Positions 60,701 to 64,000 of a DNA stretch of 64,000 bases are shown piece after piece (within the stretch, counting starts at the first letter, position 1; each line of letters begins with the position of its first letter). The notes beneath the pieces were generated by a model. That model was given only the letters and a program-made list of their open reading frames with translations. It did not search any database and was not told the origin of the DNA. The stretch covers positions 3,162,001-3,226,000 of the forward strand of contig CM007990.1 of the NCBI GenBank assembly GCA_002189035.1, in the 5' to 3' direction. This DNA is from Utricularia gibba (Eukaryota > Plantae > Magnoliophyta). Position numbers and translations under genes: made by a program.

Positions 60701-61757
60701 CTTTTTCATGATGTTGCAGGAAGACCCTTGATCAATAAGAATCCTTCTTACCTTGGTGCTTCCGCATATTCCTGATACCACCAAAGGTTCATTTCGTGTG
60801 GTTGGGCCAACCGGGGTGTCTTTGTCGGAGAAGTTGATCCCTTCCTTTTCCCAAGCGGCTTTTTCAATCGGGCATTTCCCGATCTCAAGGACTTCTCGTC
60901 TTCTGGCTTTGTCCAAATATCTCTTCCGTGCTTTTTTGGATACATCAATTTCGGTCCCCCCGGATACCATATGGATTTCCCGAACATAGGGGGGACTACC
61001 TTGTGCCTGGTTAGCGTTTCTTGAACTTTCCGGTTTATCTCGATCCCTATCGTGGTTCGGGACTCTGCCAGCTCGTGGGGCTCCCTCTGTTGGTTTTGAT
61101 GGGAATTTCGGATATCGGCCATCTTCGTTCCCCATCCGATCGTTACGTCCTCTTTTCCGGTCCGTCATCGGTGCGGGGTTCCGTATCGCGTTGTTTATCC
61201 CCCGCCAGCATGATACTGCTCGATCATCCTCTTCATTACTCGGCAGTTGGCAATATCGTGCCCGGTGGTCTTGTGTATCTCACAGTAGGCATCTGTTCTG
61301 GTTGGTTCCTCCTGATATACTTCATAACGCTTATTTGGCCTGGGGCTCCGGGTAGGTTTTTCATCTCGGCCCTAAGGTCGTCGTCAACTCGGATGTATTT
61401 CATGATTTTCCTTAGCAATTCTTCGAGATTTTTCGGTGGGGACTTTGATAGACTCTGTCCCAGTTTCGACGTTCCTAAGGGCCGCTTCATTATTTCCTCC
61501 CTTTCTTTTAAATCTAGCTGGACATCTTGTGCCAGGCAGTTGAATCGGTCGATGAATCTTTGCAAGCTCTCCTTCATGTGGTCGTATCGAATTGAATATA
61601 AAGCTGCCTTTGAAGCCAGGGCTTCGATGTTGACAGCGTATCGAGCAGTGAAGAGTAACACCAACACCCAATAAAATCCAACACTGCATGGTTCTAACTG
61701 TTTGAACCAAGTATTCACTCTCTTTTGGAGCGAGCAGGCGAACAGCTTACACTTCAT
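57718..61757 (-). pseudogene. Tat gag C-terminal part, PR, RT and INT, frameshifted, with an internal deletion of RNase H/aRH
   Basis: PR 60563-61168; RT 59400-60390 (WVANPVVVPKAEGKWRMCIDFTDLN, MDAYSGYHQI, YVDDM); INT 58400-59050 (GYYWPTM, PFDRWGVDIMGPFP, VGVEYFSKWVEAE); INT tail FSEGDLV..GKLDRNWEGSY (57718-57920). Confidence 0.9.
57925..58400 (+). mobile_element. Truncated family 'A' LTR inserted in the Tat integrase, with an adjacent deletion
   Basis: Starts TGATAACACATATTTTTAAGTGATTGAGTGCATGG, matching the reverse complement of the 5989 end. Similarity fades after CCTAGCTAAGA (about 58398). Integrase residues between YRTT and F..GDLV are missing. Confidence 0.85.
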
Positions 61758-62414
61758 CTCTTTTGAGATATGGGGTCCTCTTTTCCATCATATGTGGGTA
61801 GTCTGTCGGGGACCCTGAATCCTCTCTCGGGTTCTTCGCCGATTAGGTCATCCGAGAAAGGGTCAAAACGCAGTGCAAGGGTTCCTGCCGCTCTTTCAAA
61901 TCCGCTTTTCAGGACTAGGTCAATATTGGCCAGAACATCCCCTCTCCCCGTGCATACGTTCTGATCGAAAGCATCCCTGAAGCCCCTATTCTCTCTTCCC
62001 CTTGGCAACGTCTGTCTGCCGATATGTTTTCTTCTCTCACGAATTTGGTCTAGTTCCCTCTTCAGCTCTTCTTCCCTTTTTTCCAAGATTTCGTCGGCCG
62101 CCCTTTCCCTATCCGTCCCGGGCTCATAGATGATCTTGTTGCCCCTCTTTCTTCGCAGTATCTCCTCCTCAGTTTCGGATTCGGTCTCCGTGTCCTGAGG
62201 GTATTCTGGAATCATGGGTGGTTTTTCCGCTCGTCGTGCGCTCTCGGGTGTCCCCTCCTTGGCGTTGGAATTCAACCCCGCAGGTGCCTAAAAGTCGGAG
62301 AGGATTTCCGTTAGAGGCCTTCAGTTGTTCCCTGCTGGTGATCATAAGACCGGGGTCTTGTATACCGGCACTTCCTTCGTGGACCGTGTTGGTGGCTATG
62401 CTATTTTCCGCCAT
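61754..62414 (-). pseudogene. Tat gag N-terminal region
   Basis: MAENSIAT.. at 62414; ..PFSDDLIGEEPERGFRVPDRLPTYDGKEDP matches the Tat gag PF...I.....P..F..P....YDG..DP pattern. Confidence 0.85.
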
Positions 62415-62468
62415 GGTCGGTGTTTGGTGAGTGATTTCTGTGGATTTCTCAAGTGGGGCGATAGATCG

Positions 62469-62486
62469 GCCCCACGGTGGGCGCCA
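62469..62486 (-). other. Primer-binding site complementary to the tRNA-Lys 3' end
   Basis: Plus strand GCCCCACGGTGGGCGCCA matches the recalled 3' 18 nt of plant tRNA-Lys(CUU); it lies 3 nt from the LTR end at 62490. Confidence 0.85.
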
Positions 62487-62489
62487 AAA

Positions 62490-63010
62490 TGTTAAGAGCG
62501 AAAATCGGTATGTTAGATTGAGCCGATTTTTGGGTTGCGGGTGGAATCGGAGATATCGTTTCTTTCCGTCGTTTTTTCGGATTGACCAGATGAAGTGAAA
62601 ATGGGCGGGGATTTTTTTATGTGGAAACCACCGTGAGATGGAAAAACCACGGAGCTATCGGAGCTCGCCAGAGAAAGTTTTTTCTCGACCGAGATTTTTG
62701 AAAAAGGTACAAGTTGGGAGGCTTAAGGTCGAACCCTTTCTCCGTAATGATTTCTTCTATTTATAGAAGAGCTCAATCTGATTTGACGTTTGTAGATATT
62801 GGTTGCTTTCTGCATCTGCTATGCGATCTTGCTTTTCAGATATTGACTGCCTGTTATGCCGTAATTCGGCCGCTTTTCAGACTATATCATACGGCCATAG
62901 CTGTCAGATTTCTGACAGATATCGGTCTGTTGACTGGCATTATCCCCTCAAAGTCTCTTTTGGCAGTTTTTTTAGAAGCCGGTTGCCTCCGACTGATTTA
63001 TCTCCCATTA
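62490..63010 (-). repeat. 5' LTR of the Tat element (521 bp)
   Basis: Minus strand TAATGGGAG (decayed TG)...TTAACA, followed by the PBS. Confidence 0.9.
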
Positions 63011-64000
63011 GAATTGTATGTTTTTAGATATTTTAAAATATAGTACTGTATCTTTTATTAAAATACCAATAATACATTATTTTTTATCTTTTTTTTAAAT
63101 ATCATATAAGAATGAAATGGTATTTTAATTATTACATTATTTATATTTATATTATTTAAAATAATTACACATGATTTTTATTAATATACGATATTGTTTT
63201 ATAACTTTGACGATTTCTATGCATTTGCAGAATTACTATCACACTCATGACCATCTTATTCTTTTTTTAAATCATATTATATAAATAATATTGATGAAAA
63301 ACATGTAATTAAATATATTAATTATTTCAAAAATTTGTAGATAAGTAAAAGAATCGTAACTTCCTACTTAAGATAAAAGTTGGTTCAAGTTGGGGTGACA
63401 TGACCCTACCCCAAAGGGCCTTGATTATTTGAAGCCTAGTTCAACAATCAATTAGGCAGGGTACAATCGTCTTTAAGGGCTTTGGACCTAGGGCCAAAAT
63501 GCACTAAGTATTTGGGTGTTTAACATATAGATATAAACTCGGTGTTTTCTAAAATCCTGCCAAGATAAAAAATATGAATTTTTATAAATTATGAAACTTT
63601 TAATTATTATACTAAAAATTATGTAAATCATAATAATAAAATTTAAGAAAATAAATATCATGTTGTTGATCTTCCTTTGCATTTTATACACGATTATTGA
63701 GAAATTGAAATTAGGATTATTTTATTCTTCTAGTATCAGTGTAGTTTTGACAAATAGGTCAACACCCATTCCGGTTAATGGGTTAAAGGCCTATAGCAAA
63801 TCAATATCTGATTCAAGTTTCATGAAGCTCGTAGAGTTTGAAGTGAATTATAATAGCAAATTAGCATATGAAATTACTATTTCATATCGATAAATATATT
63901 AACCTCAAAATGACGATAATTAATTTTTCAATTCATTCAATGCTATATGACTTTAGAAGCATGGAATAGTGATTGAAAGTTGATCATATGTATGATACCC

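Larger units (their letters stand above)
51283..63010 (-). mobile_element. Ty3/Gypsy Tat/Retand-like LTR retrotransposon, decayed, with three nested insertions
   Basis: LTRs at about 51283/51302-51796 and 62490-63010 (about 8% substitutions by hand count); tRNA-Lys-type PBS; PPT GAGGGGCTGAA; gag, PR (ILIDQGSSCNIM), RT (YVDDMIVKS), tail of the additional RNase H, INT; long 3' region with an antisense ORF. No TSD confirmed. Confidence 0.9.

Noticed and set aside
62469-62486. tRNA-Lys sequence match
   Set aside because: Only the 3' 18 nt including CCA, adjacent to an LTR. It is a PBS, not a tRNA gene.
1-64000. CRISPR arrays, rRNA, conserved miRNA hairpins and prokaryotic operons
   Set aside because: None seen by eye; the window is spliced plant nuclear DNA. 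An Rfam/miRBase search would be needed to exclude ncRNAs formally.

Overview
Flowering-plant (eudicot-like) nuclear DNA that is mostly nested, decayed transposable elements, with three probable host genes in two islands. The first island holds a small plus-strand ORF with plastid-transit-peptide and one-TM features (27834-28118), tail-to-tail with a 4-exon type-I pectin methylesterase (PMEI-PME, 30511-28362, minus, 631 aa, catalytic motifs intact). The second holds a 2-exon group-B fasciclin-like arabinogalactan protein (FLA15-18 type, 48218-45481, minus). TEs resolved to the base with TSDs: an Ale/Retrofit-like Copia (514-6458) inside a hAT remnant, a PIF/Harbinger (13021-16983), a hAT (37788-40770) splitting the gag of a second Copia, and six solo LTRs that all sit inside other TEs. 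An Athila-like remnant (about 18-26 kb) and a Tat/Retand-like Gypsy (about 51.3-63.0 kb, with an antisense 3' ORF, a pol deletion and three nested insertions) have less certain ends. The most notable observation is in FLA exon 2. It appears one G short of the conserved family ending, which swaps the short ...GAVGHASSFPICS* tail for a GPI-signal-like hydrophobic tail. This is either a real gain of membrane anchoring or a homopolymer assembly error. The same gene has a G-quadruplex/hairpin motif just past the stop codon and a second G4 motif upstream. No CRISPR, rRNA or tRNA genes were seen. All family assignments come from recalled motifs; no database searches were run.
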